This document shows positions 1-10,667 of a DNA stretch of 64,000 bases, one piece after another. Source of the DNA: a virus; IMG/VR virus record IMGVR_UViG_3300010430_002753, positions 1 through 64,000 of that record. One strand, given 5' to 3'. Both the position numbers and the translations under genes were made by a program. Below the pieces are notes generated by a model, which saw only the letters and a program-made list of their open reading frames with translations, did not search any database and was not told the DNA's origin. Position 1 is the first letter of the stretch. Each line of letters starts with the position of its first letter.

Positions 1-436
1 AATTCTTCTTTTGAATAACATTTTCCGTTTATATAATATTCCTTTCTAAATTTTTTATTTTGATCACTATATTGTATATACGCGGGTCTATGTATATTAT
101 GCATTGTTCCATTTATATAATATTCAATATACCATACACTTCCATCTTTAGATAAAAGAATTCTAGCTGGGCCATTTAGTCTATGATATTTATTATTTTT
201 ATTAACAAATGAATATACTGTATATTACCATTTGAAAAATAACTTATATATGTAGGTAAATTACCTTTACGAAATATATTGTTATTTTTATCGTAATATG
301 TTATTACGTGTTTATATCTATTTATTTTATTTACAGATTCAAAATATTCAACAATTCTATAATTACCGTTTTTAAATATTTCTTTATCACAAAGTTTATG
401 TATTTGTTCAGTATAAATAACTTTTTCATTATTCAT
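1..436 (-). pseudogene. HRxxGPA-repeat protein, frameshifted near nt 210 and running off the window edge
   Basis: ORF 176..436 stops early, but a shifted frame continues FVNKNNKYHRLNGPARIL...HNIHRPAY...EYYINGKCYSKEEF to nt 1. Confidence 0.7.
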
Positions 437-441
437 AATTA

Positions 442-1014
442 TTAATAATCCTCACCAAATTTAAATCTTAAATTTAAGTATACTAAAACAGATTTAATAT
501 GATTAATTAAATCAGAGCATACTTCATCATTAAATATATCTGTTCTTGTGCATGTTTTAAGTGTTTCCATCATTGAAGTAGTTTCTATATAATATTTTTT
601 ACAAAATTTAAAATTAACATTGTCAGCATCTAAATACAATATATTATGTAATCTATCAGCTAATTTTATTCTTAATGCTCTCTTATTTAATGTTTTCATT
701 AATTCACACATATATTTAACTTTAGATTGTTTGTTTCTAATTTTTGAAGTTACATCATCTACTAATCTACTAACATCTTCACCAAATTTTTCTCTAATAT
801 CGTGAATAGTGATATCTGTATCTTCTACTACATCATGTAATAATGCTGCAATAATTTCTTCTGTAGAAATATCTTTATATGATTCTAATATTCTTGCAAC
901 GCCTTTTGGATGAGTGAAATAAGATTTATTAGAGAATTTTCTTTTTTGATCTTTGTGTGCTTCTTTAGCAAATAAATAAGCTTTAATTAAATCTTCTTTT
1001 ATTAACGACGCCAT
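442..1014 (-). CDS. RelA/SpoT-type HD-domain (p)ppGpp hydrolase (small alarmone hydrolase/Mesh1-like)
   Basis: AHKDQKRK...YFTHP...AALLHDVVEDT...IKLADRLHN motifs. Confidence 0.85.
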   Translation of the reverse strand: MASLIKEDLIKAYLFAKEAHKDQKRKFSNKSYFTHPKGVARILESYKDISTEEIIAALLHDVVEDTDITIHDIREKFGEDVSRLVDDVTSKIRNKQSKVKYMCELMKTLNKRALRIKLADRLHNILYLDADNVNFKFCKKYYIETTSMMETLKTCTRTDIFNDEVCSDLINHIKSVLVYLNLRFKFGEDY

Positions 1015-1020
1015 AATAAC

Positions 1021-1383
1021 CTACCTCTTATTTAATAATTTTAAATTTCTATCAATATTCATAATTTTATTTGATTTTACTATCCAATCTTCTTTTGAAT
1101 ATTTTATATCAGTTATCCAATACCCTTCAAGTTCTATTTCTCCAGATTTAAAATACCAAATTTCAGCAGGTCCATTTAATCTATTATATTCATCTTTTGA
1201 ATTATAATAAAATTCACGACTTATTTCTCCAGATTTATAATACCAAATTACTGTTGGTCCATCTTCTCTATGACGTTTTCTATTTGAATTATAATAACAT
1301 TCATTAATTATTTTAGTTTCCTCTGCATCATAATAATATATCGTTTTATAATTTCCGTTTTTTAATTCAATTCTTTTTGACAT
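1021..1383 (-). CDS. HRxxGPA-repeat protein with C-terminal NIxRNLKLLNK tag
   Basis: HREDGPT and NRLNGPA repeats; ends NIDRNLKLLNKR. Confidence 0.85.
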   Translation of the reverse strand: MSKRIELKNGNYKTIYYYDAEETKIINECYYNSNRKRHREDGPTVIWYYKSGEISREFYYNSKDEYNRLNGPAEIWYFKSGEIELEGYWITDIKYSKEDWIVKSNKIMNIDRNLKLLNKR

Positions 1384-1385
1384 AA

Positions 1386-1757
1386 TTAAACCTTATTTAA
1401 TAATTTTAAATTTCTATTTATGTTTTTAATTTTAATAACTTCTGGATGTTTATCAAAATCTTCTTTTGAAAATGATCTATCGTGTATATAATAGTCTTTA
1501 CTTTTAATAATATGATTATTATCTTTTATATATTTAATTATAGCAGGGCCGTCTAATCTATGTATTCTATTATTTATATGAAACATCTCCTTTATAATCA
1601 TACCAGATTCGTTATACCAAATTACAGCTGGTCCATCTTCTCTATGAGTAACGTTATTTTTATTATAATATATTATATATGAAATAACATTATCTAAATT
1701 ATTAAAATAAAATAAGTCTTTATAACAGCCATTTTCTAATTTAACTCGTGTGTTCAT
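1386..1757 (-). CDS. HRxxGPA-repeat protein with C-terminal tag
   Basis: HREDGPA, HRLDGPA; ends NINRNLKLLNKV. Confidence 0.85.
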   Translation of the reverse strand: MNTRVKLENGCYKDLFYFNNLDNVISYIIYYNKNNVTHREDGPAVIWYNESGMIIKEMFHINNRIHRLDGPAIIKYIKDNNHIIKSKDYYIHDRSFSKEDFDKHPEVIKIKNINRNLKLLNKV

Positions 1758-1759
1758 AA

Positions 1760-2128
1760 TTAAACCTTATTTAAAAGTTTTAAATTTCTTTCTATATTTA
1801 ATTTTTTATCAAACTCTTCTTTTGTATAATGTTTATAATTTAACCAATACTCTTCATTTTCTATTTCGCCAGAATATGTATATTTAGTTCTAGCTGGACC
1901 ATCTTCTCTATGTAGACACCCGTTTATCCAATAATACACACTACTTACTTTTCCTGTTTCATGACTATAATAGATAGTTGCTGGTTTATTTAATCTATGA
2001 TATTCTTTTTCTTTATTGTAATAAGTTTCAGTTGAAATTTTGTTGTTAGCAAAACGTAGTATCTCTTTATAACAGCCATTTTCTAATTCTATTCTTTCTA
2101 TTTTTTTGAAACGATGATCATAAATCAT
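1760..2128 (-). CDS. HRxxGPA-repeat protein with C-terminal tag
   Basis: HRLNKPA, HREDGPA; ends NIERNLKLLNKV. Confidence 0.85.
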   Translation of the reverse strand: MIYDHRFKKIERIELENGCYKEILRFANNKISTETYYNKEKEYHRLNKPATIYYSHETGKVSSVYYWINGCLHREDGPARTKYTYSGEIENEEYWLNYKHYTKEEFDKKLNIERNLKLLNKV

Positions 2129-2141
2129 TATTTTTCCTTAA

Positions 2142-2564
2142 TTAAATCTTATTTAATAACTTTAAATTTTTGTTTATATTTATTAATTTTTTACTTTTTA
2201 TTTCCCATAGTTCTTTTGAATATTTTTTTCCATATAACCAATAATCTCTATGACTATATGTAGGTTGAATATAAGCTGGTCCATCTTCTCTATGCAATTT
2301 TCCATTATAAAAATAAAATATTGCATAATATTTATAAATGCCATCTTTCCAATCATCTGAATCAAAATATGTAATCAGTGCTGGTTTATTTTTTCTATGA
2401 TATATATTATCTTTGTTTATATACATTATACATTTTTTTCCAACATCTTTATTATAAAAACCAACTATTTTAGTTAGTTGTTCACCTTCTTCAATAATTG
2501 ATTCTTTTGTAATAATATTATTTTCTATTACATTTAAAATAAATTCTTTTTGTTCGCGCAACAT
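2142..2564 (-). CDS. HRxxGPA-repeat protein with C-terminal tag
   Basis: HRKNKPA, HREDGPA; ends NINKNLKLLNKI. Confidence 0.85.
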   Translation of the reverse strand: MLREQKEFILNVIENNIITKESIIEEGEQLTKIVGFYNKDVGKKCIMYINKDNIYHRKNKPALITYFDSDDWKDGIYKYYAIFYFYNGKLHREDGPAYIQPTYSHRDYWLYGKKYSKELWEIKSKKLININKNLKLLNKI

Positions 2565-2849
2565 TTATTTTGCCAATTCTCTAATTAATATTTTTTTACC
2601 ATCTTCACTGAATCTAGCAATATAATGAATATCTTCGTGAATAAATAAAATACATTCTTCTGGTAATATATCAGTAACATATTCAGTAGATCTTTTTTCA
2701 ATTTCAACTTCAATTTGTGTTAATAAAGAATTTTTAATTTGTTCATCGAATTCAATTCCATTATCTACTGATACTATTTTCTCTGTTGAACAACCAACTA
2801 TTAATAAAACTCCTAATATCAATACTACTATTAAAAATAAGTTTCTCAT
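2565..2849 (-). CDS. putative lipoprotein
   Basis: Start moved to the ATG after GGAGGTTATT (the longer ORF runs through a promoter); MRNLFLIVVLILGVLLIVG-C lipobox-like signal. Confidence 0.65.
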   Translation of the reverse strand: MRNLFLIVVLILGVLLIVGCSTEKIVSVDNGIEFDEQIKNSLLTQIEVEIEKRSTEYVTDILPEECILFIHEDIHYIARFSEDGKKILIRELAK

Positions 2850-2880
2850 AATAACCTCCAAGTTATTTTTTATTATTAAA

Positions 2881-2920
2881 TACAATATAAATAACTTTAA
2901 AATATTTGTCAACTAAAAAA
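2881..2920 (-). promoter_or_regulatory. sigma70-like early promoter (repeat family)
   Basis: TTTTTTAG-TTGACA-17-TATATT-GTA. Confidence 0.85.
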
Positions 2921-3181
2921 TTATTTTTTATTTAATAATTTTAAGTTTCTATTTATATTTATTATTTTATAGAACTCTTCTTTTGTATAATATTTATTGT
3001 TTATAATATAATCTTCACTTTCTATTTCTCCAGAACTATAATACCAAATTTCTGCCGGTCCATTTAATCTATTATATTCATCTTTTGAATTATAATAATA
3101 TTCACGGTATATTATAGTTTCTTCTGTGTCATAATATATTATTTCTTTATAATTTCCATTTTTTAATTCTATTCTTTTCAT
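2921..3181 (-). CDS. HRxxGPA-repeat protein with C-terminal tag
   Basis: MKRIELKNGNYK start, NRLNGPA; ends NINRNLKLLNKK. Confidence 0.85.
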   Translation of the reverse strand: MKRIELKNGNYKEIIYYDTEETIIYREYYYNSKDEYNRLNGPAEIWYYSSGEIESEDYIINNKYYTKEEFYKIININRNLKLLNKK

Positions 3182-3183
3182 AA

Positions 3184-3543
3184 TTAAATAACCTTATTTA
3201 ATAACTTTAAATTTCTTTCTATATTTATTTTTTTAATAACTTTAGGTTGTTTATAATATTCTTCTTTTGAATATTCTTTTCCATCTATACCATAACGCTC
3301 ACCTTCTATTTTTCCAAATCTATTATACCAAATCATTGCTGGTCCATCTAATCTATGAGTAGTTCCTTTTATAAAATAAAGTTTACTTTCAATTTTTCCA
3401 TTTTCAAAATATATAATATCTGCTGGTCCGTCTAATCTATGATATAACTCATTTGAATCATAATATGTTATATTTTTTATTTTGGTTTTTTCGTCAAAAT
3501 AATTTATTATTTTATAGCAACCATTTTCTAATTTTACTCTCAT
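3184..3543 (-). CDS. HRxxGPA-repeat protein with C-terminal tag
   Basis: 2x HRLDGPA; ends NIERNLKLLNKVI. Confidence 0.85.
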   Translation of the reverse strand: MRVKLENGCYKIINYFDEKTKIKNITYYDSNELYHRLDGPADIIYFENGKIESKLYFIKGTTHRLDGPAMIWYNRFGKIEGERYGIDGKEYSKEEYYKQPKVIKKINIERNLKLLNKVI

Positions 3544-3773
3544 AATTCTTTAATTAAATCTTCTAATTCAATATCATCATTATTTTTTATAGTATAACAA
3601 GGTTTATTGTCTTCACACAACAATGAATCAAATAATTCTTTCTTTTTATTTTTACAATATTTTTTATATTTACATTCATCACAAGATTTATTTATAGTTT
3701 TACACGTTTCCCATAAAGAATCATCTGCACTAACTACCTTACTCTTTTTTGATTTACTTTTTTTTCTTTTCAT
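3540..3773 (-). CDS. small Cys-rich hypothetical protein
   Basis: ORF with RBS; CKT..SCDECKYKKYC. Confidence 0.6.
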   Translation of the reverse strand: MKRKKSKSKKSKVVSADDSLWETCKTINKSCDECKYKKYCKNKKKELFDSLLCEDNKPCYTIKNNDDIELEDLIKEL

Positions 3774-3788
3774 AAAATTTTCCTTTGA

Positions 3789-4157
3789 TTATTTCTTATT
3801 TAATAATTTTAAATTTCTATCTATATTTATTTTTTTATCAAATTCTTCTTTTGAATATTCAACGTTATGTATATAATATTCTTCACCACATATAATTCCA
3901 TTTCGTCTATAATGTATAGATGCAGGCCCGTTTAATCTATGTCTTTTTCCGTTTATACAATATATTTTTCTACTAATAATATTGTTTGCGTAATTTGCGT
4001 AATACCAAATTATTGCACCATCATTAATACGGTGCAAATCACCTTTTTTATTATAATATTCTTCACAAACTAATATTGAATGATTACCATATTCGCCATA
4101 AGTTTCATAAAAAACCAATTTAAAACAATCATTTTCTAATTCAATTCTTTTTGACAT
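3789..4157 (-). CDS. HRxxGPA-repeat protein with C-terminal tag
   Basis: HRINDGA, HRLNGPA; ends NIDRNLKLLNKK. Confidence 0.85.
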   Translation of the reverse strand: MSKRIELENDCFKLVFYETYGEYGNHSILVCEEYYNKKGDLHRINDGAIIWYYANYANNIISRKIYCINGKRHRLNGPASIHYRRNGIICGEEYYIHNVEYSKEEFDKKINIDRNLKLLNKK

Positions 4158-4159
4158 AA

Positions 4160-4537
4160 TTAATTAATAATTTCTAAAAGATCTGTTTTTGTGTTATAAA
4201 CTAAAACATCTTTATTAAATTCTTTACATAATTTTATCATATGATTAGAACCTTTAGATACTCCATCCCAAAATATTATTGCATTATCGCAATACTTTGC
4301 CATTTCTTTGTTTCGAATATAGCCAGCACTTTTTCCATATTTATCCCAATTTGCTGGAAATGATTTAATTAATAAATTATGTTCTTCAGCATATTTTCTA
4401 CCTAATTTATCTGCGCCATATGCTTCACCACATACAATTTCAATTTCAGATATATTTTTAAATAATACATTGCAAACATTAGATAAAGTTTTATAATCAT
4501 TAAATGATCTACTACCTGCTATTACTATTTTATTCAT
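4160..4537 (-). CDS. SLOG-superfamily protein (YspA/DUF2493-like)
   Basis: KIVIAGSRSF...GEAYGAD...AGYIRNKEM...FWDGVSKGS; probable start MNKIV. Confidence 0.8.
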   Translation of the reverse strand: MNKIVIAGSRSFNDYKTLSNVCNVLFKNISEIEIVCGEAYGADKLGRKYAEEHNLLIKSFPANWDKYGKSAGYIRNKEMAKYCDNAIIFWDGVSKGSNHMIKLCKEFNKDVLVYNTKTDLLEIIN

Positions 4538-4760
4538 TGTGTATATAACCTTTACCATCGCAAACAGAACATACATCTTCTACATATAAATTATTTTCAT
4601 ATCTGCTGTTTATTCTTTTTTTACCATTACAATTAGGGCATATTTTATTTATGTTATCTAATATAGATTGATGAAAATTTGCAATACTTCTATATTTAAA
4701 TTGCATATCATCTGAAGTAATATAAATTTTATCTTCGGCTACTCTTGGTAATGTTTTCAT
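4530..4760 (-). CDS. small protein with DnaJ-type Zn-finger motifs
   Basis: CPNCNGK...CSVCDGKG. Confidence 0.6.
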   Translation of the reverse strand: MKTLPRVAEDKIYITSDDMQFKYRSIANFHQSILDNINKICPNCNGKKRINSRYENNLYVEDVCSVCDGKGYIHNE

Positions 4761-4774
4761 AATAACTTCCTTTA

Positions 4775-5230
4775 TTATAATGATTTAATAATTTTAACAA
4801 TTACACTATTGTCTGCATTTCCTTTAAAATGTTATTTAGCTGATTTCATTAATTGGCCCATATGTTTACCTTGAATAGGTCTTGATAAACTTAAATCTTT
4901 AATTAACATTAATATATCTTTTTTAATAACTTCTTCTGATAATTCTTCTGGTAAAAATGTTTGAAGATAATTTATTTTTTCTGTAAGAGTTTTAATATTA
5001 ATTTCATTATTACGTAACATTTCAGCCGATCTTTCTTCTTTTAATTCTTTAATTTCTTTTTTGATAACTTTGACTACAGATTTGTCTGTTAATTTAAATT
5101 TAGAATTTTTAGCATTTCTTTGTTCAGATATCTTTGATATAACCATTCTTAATGTTGAAAGTTTATTTTCTTCTCTTGTTATCATATTAAATTTTAATTT
5201 TTCACGAACTTCATCGTATACTTTACTCAT
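4775..5230 (-). CDS. GatB/YqeY-domain protein with an in-frame TAA at 4832-4834
   Basis: KLSTLRMVIS...YLQTFLPEELSEE...MGQLMK; frame continues past TAA as HFKGNADNSVIVKIIKSL, matching the usual YqeY end. Confidence 0.75.
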
Positions 5231-5255
5231 AATTTACCTCTTTATTTTTTATTTA

Positions 5256-5292
5256 AATATAAATCATTTTTATTCTTTTGTCAACTAAAAAA
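5256..5292 (-). promoter_or_regulatory. sigma70-like early promoter
   Basis: TTTTTTAG-TTGACA-17-TATATT. Confidence 0.8.
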
Positions 5293-5634
5293 TTATTTTT
5301 TATTTAAAAGTTTTAAATTTCTTTTTATATTTATTTTTTTATTAAACTCTTCTTTTGAATATTTTATATCATTTATCCAATAATATTCATCTTCTATTTC
5401 TCCAGATTTATAATAACAAATACCAGCAGGTCCATCTAATCTATGAATTTTTCCATTTATACAATAATATTCTTTGTCTATTTCCACAGTTTTAAAATAC
5501 CAAATTACTGCAGGTCCATTTAATCTATGATATTTTCCGTTTAACATATATAATTCATTACTTATTTTAGTTTCTCCTGAATCATAATAATATATTTCTT
5601 TATAACATCCATTTTCTAATTCAATTCTTTTCAT
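5293..5634 (-). CDS. HRxxGPA-repeat protein with C-terminal tag
   Basis: HRLNGPA, HRLDGPA; ends NIKRNLKLLNKK. Confidence 0.85.
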   Translation of the reverse strand: MKRIELENGCYKEIYYYDSGETKISNELYMLNGKYHRLNGPAVIWYFKTVEIDKEYYCINGKIHRLDGPAGICYYKSGEIEDEYYWINDIKYSKEEFNKKINIKRNLKLLNKK

Positions 5635-5636
5635 AA

Positions 5637-5888
5637 CTAAACCTTATTTAAAAGTTTTAAATTTCTATTTATATTTACAGCTTTAATATATTCATCATAA
5701 ATTTCTTCTACATGTTTATATTTTAATTGTATAGCATATGAATTAACTAATCCATTCATTAAATATCTTATAATTACATATTCATAAGAATAATCAATAT
5801 CTACAATTTCAATTTTAGTATTATGTTTATGTAATTTATTTAAATAATATTTTATATATCCATTCGTATATCTATTATTGTTCATCAT
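5637..5888 (-). CDS. hypothetical protein (no GPA repeat) carrying the C-terminal tag
   Basis: Unrelated body; ends AVNINRNLKLLNKV. Confidence 0.75.
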   Translation of the reverse strand: MMNNNRYTNGYIKYYLNKLHKHNTKIEIVDIDYSYEYVIIRYLMNGLVNSYAIQLKYKHVEEIYDEYIKAVNINRNLKLLNKV

Positions 5889-7637
5889 ATAATTTATTAA
5901 TTTCTTCTATTTTTTCAACTTCTTCTAAAGCTTCATCAGAATTTATAAAATTTAAACAATCATATTTCCATAATATAATTTTTTCAATAGTATCATTAAC
6001 ATTATTTTCAAATTCTTTAACAGTTTGATCTGATAATAACATTGGATTTTGAACAACAGATCCTAATCGATGATTTAATACATTTGCTAATTTTTCTTTT
6101 CTATCCCATAATTCAGTTCTTGTTTTACTTCTATTCTGTTCAAGTAATTCCATAAGTTCTTTTGTGTCTATCATAATTATTCTCCTTTAATTTATTAAGT
6201 ATTCCATAATAAAATATTATCGTCTTCAACTATTTTTTTATTTGTAAATATCCAATTTAAACTGTGATTATATTTTGTAATTTCATGACATTTAAAACAA
6301 ACATTATACATTGTATCTTTTGTAGAATTTAGTATATATAATTTTTTTCCACATATCATACAAGGTTCAAACTTTTTTTCTTTTATAAATATAGGATGCT
6401 TATAATTACTATCAAATTTCCATAAAGATAAATTATTAATATTAAGCTGAAAAGTAAATATTATCCTGTCAACAACAGATTTAAATTTGTTAGGTGAAAT
6501 TATAGATTTATTTTTAATATTATTATCTTTAAACATTTGATCTATAGTTAAATCTACTCTACCATTCATAATTATTTTCTATTAAACATATTTAAAAAAC
6601 GTTTTGTTAATGAAGGTTTTTGTTTATTAATTTTTATACTATTATCTTGTTGTATAGTTGGATTTATTATTTGAAATTTTTGACCATAAGAAGATAATTG
6701 TTGTCTAAGTTCATCTATATCTTCTGGTGTTTTTATTTTCATTTCAATATTTTTATTTTTAGATTCTTTCATATTATTTACTAATTTATCTAAAGTCAAA
6801 TCACAATATTCATCTTCCCAATCACCTAAATAATAAAATCTATCTATAACTGTTCTTGAAGATTTATCTTGAAATGTTCCAAATATTATAGGATCTTTTT
6901 CTCTTCGTTCTTTTTCAATTTGTTTTTGAATTTTTCCAGTATAATCTGTAAACATAATATAAAAATTATCAAATTTATCTTTTACTTTATTAAGTAATTC
7001 AACAATTTCATCTGGAATTTCTCGTTCATAATTTTCCAATTCAATAATCTTTACTGTTTCTTTTGATACGTCTTCTATAAATTCTTCTATATCATCTCTA
7101 TATATAAATGTATCAATTCCTAATTTAACAATTTCTCTTTCTTTTTCAATACTATCTAAATGAAATAATAATTTTTGAGCACCCTTTTTCTGACCTGTTA
7201 TTTTATATTTATTTAATAATATTAAACAATTATCATAAATTGTTGTTAATTTTTTATCAGTAATTTTATTTTTTCTATCTTTAACAATATTAAAATATTC
7301 TTGTGCGGTCAAAATTTTATTTTCTTCCATGCTGTAACCTTTCTTCCTTTCTTTTCTTTATAATTTTTTCTATTTCAATATATATTTTTTCTTCTTCATT
7401 TTCCAATTTTAATAATTTATCACGACATTCTTTAGTTGCGTCTAAACAATCTTTACAATATAAATAAGTATAATCACCATTATCTTCTACTTCTCCAGCA
7501 CAATCAATACATAAATCTTTATTACAATAAACACAATGATGATTAGTATATAATTCAAATTTTATTTTATTTCCACAATCATCACAATAATATTCTTTTA
7601 TTTTTGATGATGATTTTATTTCTTTGATTTTTATCAT
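5875..7637 (-). other. run of four hypothetical CDSs (5875-6174, 6195-6569, 6572-7330, 7317-7637)
   Basis: Tightly packed ORFs; two carry CxxC pairs. Confidence 0.6.
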
Positions 7638-7646
7638 AATTTTCCT

Positions 7647-7877
7647 CTATTCGGTTAATGAAGGATTATCAATAGTTTGATTATTATACAGTTCCCAATC
7701 ATTTGCACTTAAATCTTCTTCACTTGGATTATATTTATTAAATGTTTTGCCACTGTCTAAAGTTATATCTACAATTGGTGAATATCTAGCTTTTTTAATA
7801 TATTTTTTATTATTCCATGTTTTTCTTGTCATTTCCCAATCAAGTAATAACATTTTCTCAACTGCTTTTATATTCAT
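7647..7877 (-). CDS. DUF2829/Tad2-like small protein (candidate anti-defence sponge)
   Basis: TRKTWNNK...YNPSEEDLSANDWE resembles the RxxWNxK...PSxxDxxAxDW pattern. Confidence 0.6.
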   Translation of the reverse strand: MNIKAVEKMLLLDWEMTRKTWNNKKYIKKARYSPIVDITLDSGKTFNKYNPSEEDLSANDWELYNNQTIDNPSLTE

Positions 7878-8353
7878 GATTTACTCCTTTCACTTATTCT
7901 TTTTTCTAAAATAGTTATCATTCTTAATAATTCAGTATCATTTTCATTGCCACAAAACATGGGTATTTGAACTATTTGATCTTTTTCTGGATGATCATAA
8001 CATGGATTATCATCTATTAGAAAAAAGTCTTTTACATCAAATCCAGTATAATCTGCAACAGCTTGTAAACTTTTAATTTCAATATACGTTCCATTAGGTT
8101 TTTTATAATCTATCATAGGAACATTTTCATTACAAAAAGAAAACATATTTAAATTTTCAATAAACTCATGATCTTTAATTTTTAATGTATGATAGAAAAA
8201 TCTACATACGTCTGTAATTCTATTATGATTTGCTGCAGTATAAAATGATACATCTTCACAGTGTTCATTACACCATTCTAAAAAATATTTTAAATGGGGT
8301 CTTGGTTGTTCGCCATAAAATAATGTATAATCAATATCTAATAATAATTTCAT
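7874..8353 (-). CDS. HAD-family (FCP1/NIF-like) phosphatase
   Basis: LLLDIDYTL, RPHL, FYTAA, LIDD motifs. Confidence 0.75.
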   Translation of the reverse strand: MKLLLDIDYTLFYGEQPRPHLKYFLEWCNEHCEDVSFYTAANHNRITDVCRFFYHTLKIKDHEFIENLNMFSFCNENVPMIDYKKPNGTYIEIKSLQAVADYTGFDVKDFFLIDDNPCYDHPEKDQIVQIPMFCGNENDTELLRMITILEKRISERSKS

Positions 8354-8363
8354 AATAACCTCT

Positions 8364-9014
8364 TTATTTTTTAATTTGAATTAATCTAAATTTATATATT
8401 AAAAATGCTTGCACAAAAATTAACAAACAATTAAAACAAAATAATCTGTAAAAAGTAACTGTTGCATATGTAGTTATTAAATCATTATTACAACAAATAC
8501 TAATTGTCAATAAAATCATTGATACTATAAATATAAATGATTTTCCCCAACCACTATCAGAATGTTCATTTATTATTTTCTTTTCTTTTCTAACTAATTT
8601 AAAATTTTCTTTGCTAAGATTTTTAGCATCTTTGATAAATTCAAATAACCACATAAAAAATAATATTATCATAAAACAAATCACAATAATATACCCATTA
8701 AAAATAATACCAGAAAATATAATAAATATCCATGATATTGCCTTTGCTATGCTTAATAAAAAACAGCAAATAGAATCTAATAAATTATTAATAAAATTTT
8801 TCATAATAACCTCCTATTTAAATAACAAATCTACACAAACAATATATAAACCACCAACTATTAGTGTTATATTTATAATAAACCATATAAAATATACAAA
8901 TGTTCCTATTATTTTAATTCTTATATTTTTTTCTTTTTTATAACCTATTATAAATTCTTTTATCATATAACATAAGAAAACGCTCATGAATATTATCATA
9001 AATATCATTTTCAT
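8364..9014 (-). other. two membrane protein CDSs (8364-8804, 8814-9014)
   Basis: Multiple hydrophobic segments; GAGG RBS before 8804. Confidence 0.6.
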
Positions 9015-9016
9015 AC

Positions 9017-9790
9017 TTAAACTTCATCTACTTTATTACTAAGTTGTAACGCTAAAATATAAACACAATTTTCATCATGTTTAATTGAATCATCACTATT
9101 AATATTAATACTTTCACCACAAAATTTACAAATCATTAGATCCGGAGAATCATAATTATATTCAAATCTAAATGGATCTGATGTTACGCCTTCAATCAAT
9201 TTGTTAATTTCTTTGTTTGTAATCATAATAACCTTCTTCCTTTTTAAATAATTTTATTTGAAACGTGGTTTATATTCTTTTATAATAGGTTCTTGGGTAT
9301 ATGTATATTCTATTTTTCCACATATTTTACATTCTCTTGACCATCTTGGCTTTTCTTCATCTCTATATCCCGCATATCTCCAATGAGGATCGGGTCCACA
9401 TCCATCTTGAACACTACCATACCCCACAGAAATAGTTTCTGGATCATATTTAGCTTCTTTAAAATCATGATTACAATGTGCCATTCTTATTTTTTCTTCT
9501 TCTATTTCTCTTTGTAAATCTTTTATTTTTTTATTCATATACCTCTCCTTTTAAATATCCATAGCTGAAATATCACAACAATCTTCACAAATCCAATATT
9601 TATCATAATCTCCATATATTTCAGAATTTAGAGGATTAGCTCTGAATATAACGGGGTTATCTTCTTTAGATGTATATTGGGTTGCTTCATGACCACAATA
9701 TATACATTTGTGTTTAGATTTTTTATCAGACAATATTATTTTTACTTTAGGTCTTTTTTGTTTTTTATTTTTCATAATAACCTTCTTCAT
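9017..9790 (-). other. three small Zn-ribbon-like CDSs (9017-9226, 9254-9538, 9551-9790)
   Basis: CKFCG, CNH..CKICG, CIYCG..CEDC. Confidence 0.6.
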
Positions 9791-9793
9791 TTT

Positions 9794-10528
9794 TTAAATT
9801 TTAACTAATCTAAATTTTATTATTTCCCAATCACTTGCACGAAAAATATTATTTTGTTCTTCAATTGGCAATGATGACGTTAATGTTGAATGCATAGAAT
9901 TAATATCTAATTGATTATTTAAATATATTTTACCTACTGTATCTAATAATGTTTTTCTCTTTACTTTATTATAAAATAATCCTGTCCGTTTGTGTTTTAT
10001 TTTACAAACATAATCATTACCGTAATATTTTTTTAATAGTAATTGTATATTTAATTTACCTATAATAATATGTCTTATAATAGATTTTAAAGTTATTAAA
10101 TTAAATTCTATTTTATTACTTTTTTTACTGTTGCAATGTTCACACATTGTTTGAAGATTCCATAATTTATCTAATCCACCTCTTGATTTTGGAATTATGT
10201 GATCTCTTGTCATTAATACTTCTTTATTATTATCATCAATAGCGTATAAATTAAAATGAGGTGTTTTATCATTACCTTTATTATTTTGTTCTTTAATAAA
10301 ATATTTACCTTCAATACCACATTCAACACATTTAATACCATTGTTTTTAAATGACTGATATCTTAATGACGACATATTTATCATGTGACCATCATAATCT
10401 TTTTTAAATTTGTCATCATTGCCACTATATTTAAATCCTGTTATTTTAACATAATCTAATATATCATTAATTGTATGCTTAGTAAATCTAATCATACCTT
10501 TTCTTGATAATATTTCTTCTTTTTTCAT
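9794..10528 (-). CDS. HNH endonuclease
   Basis: CVECG...MTRDHIIPKSRGG...NLQTMCEHCNSKKSN; start set to the ATG after GAGG. Confidence 0.85.
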   Translation of the reverse strand: MKKEEILSRKGMIRFTKHTINDILDYVKITGFKYSGNDDKFKKDYDGHMINMSSLRYQSFKNNGIKCVECGIEGKYFIKEQNNKGNDKTPHFNLYAIDDNNKEVLMTRDHIIPKSRGGLDKLWNLQTMCEHCNSKKSNKIEFNLITLKSIIRHIIIGKLNIQLLLKKYYGNDYVCKIKHKRTGLFYNKVKRKTLLDTVGKIYLNNQLDINSMHSTLTSSLPIEEQNNIFRASDWEIIKFRLVKI

Positions 10529-10627
10529 ACAACCTCTGTTTATTGATATGCATAATTTAAAGATATGTAATAATATATGCATATTATTTTTTTAAATAAC
10601 AACCTCTCTTATATTTTTATTATTAAA

Positions 10628-10667
10628 TACAATATAATTTATATATAAAAATATGTCAACTAAAAAA
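10628..10667 (-). promoter_or_regulatory. sigma70-like early promoter
   Basis: TTTTTTAG-TTGACA-17-TATATT-GTA. Confidence 0.85.

Noticed and set aside
2850-2912. Apparent shared N-terminal peptide (MTxxLxLFILYLIIKNxLExIM) in ORFs 2565-2912 and 46200-46772
   Set aside because: It is the translation of the repeated promoter/RBS; the true starts are downstream
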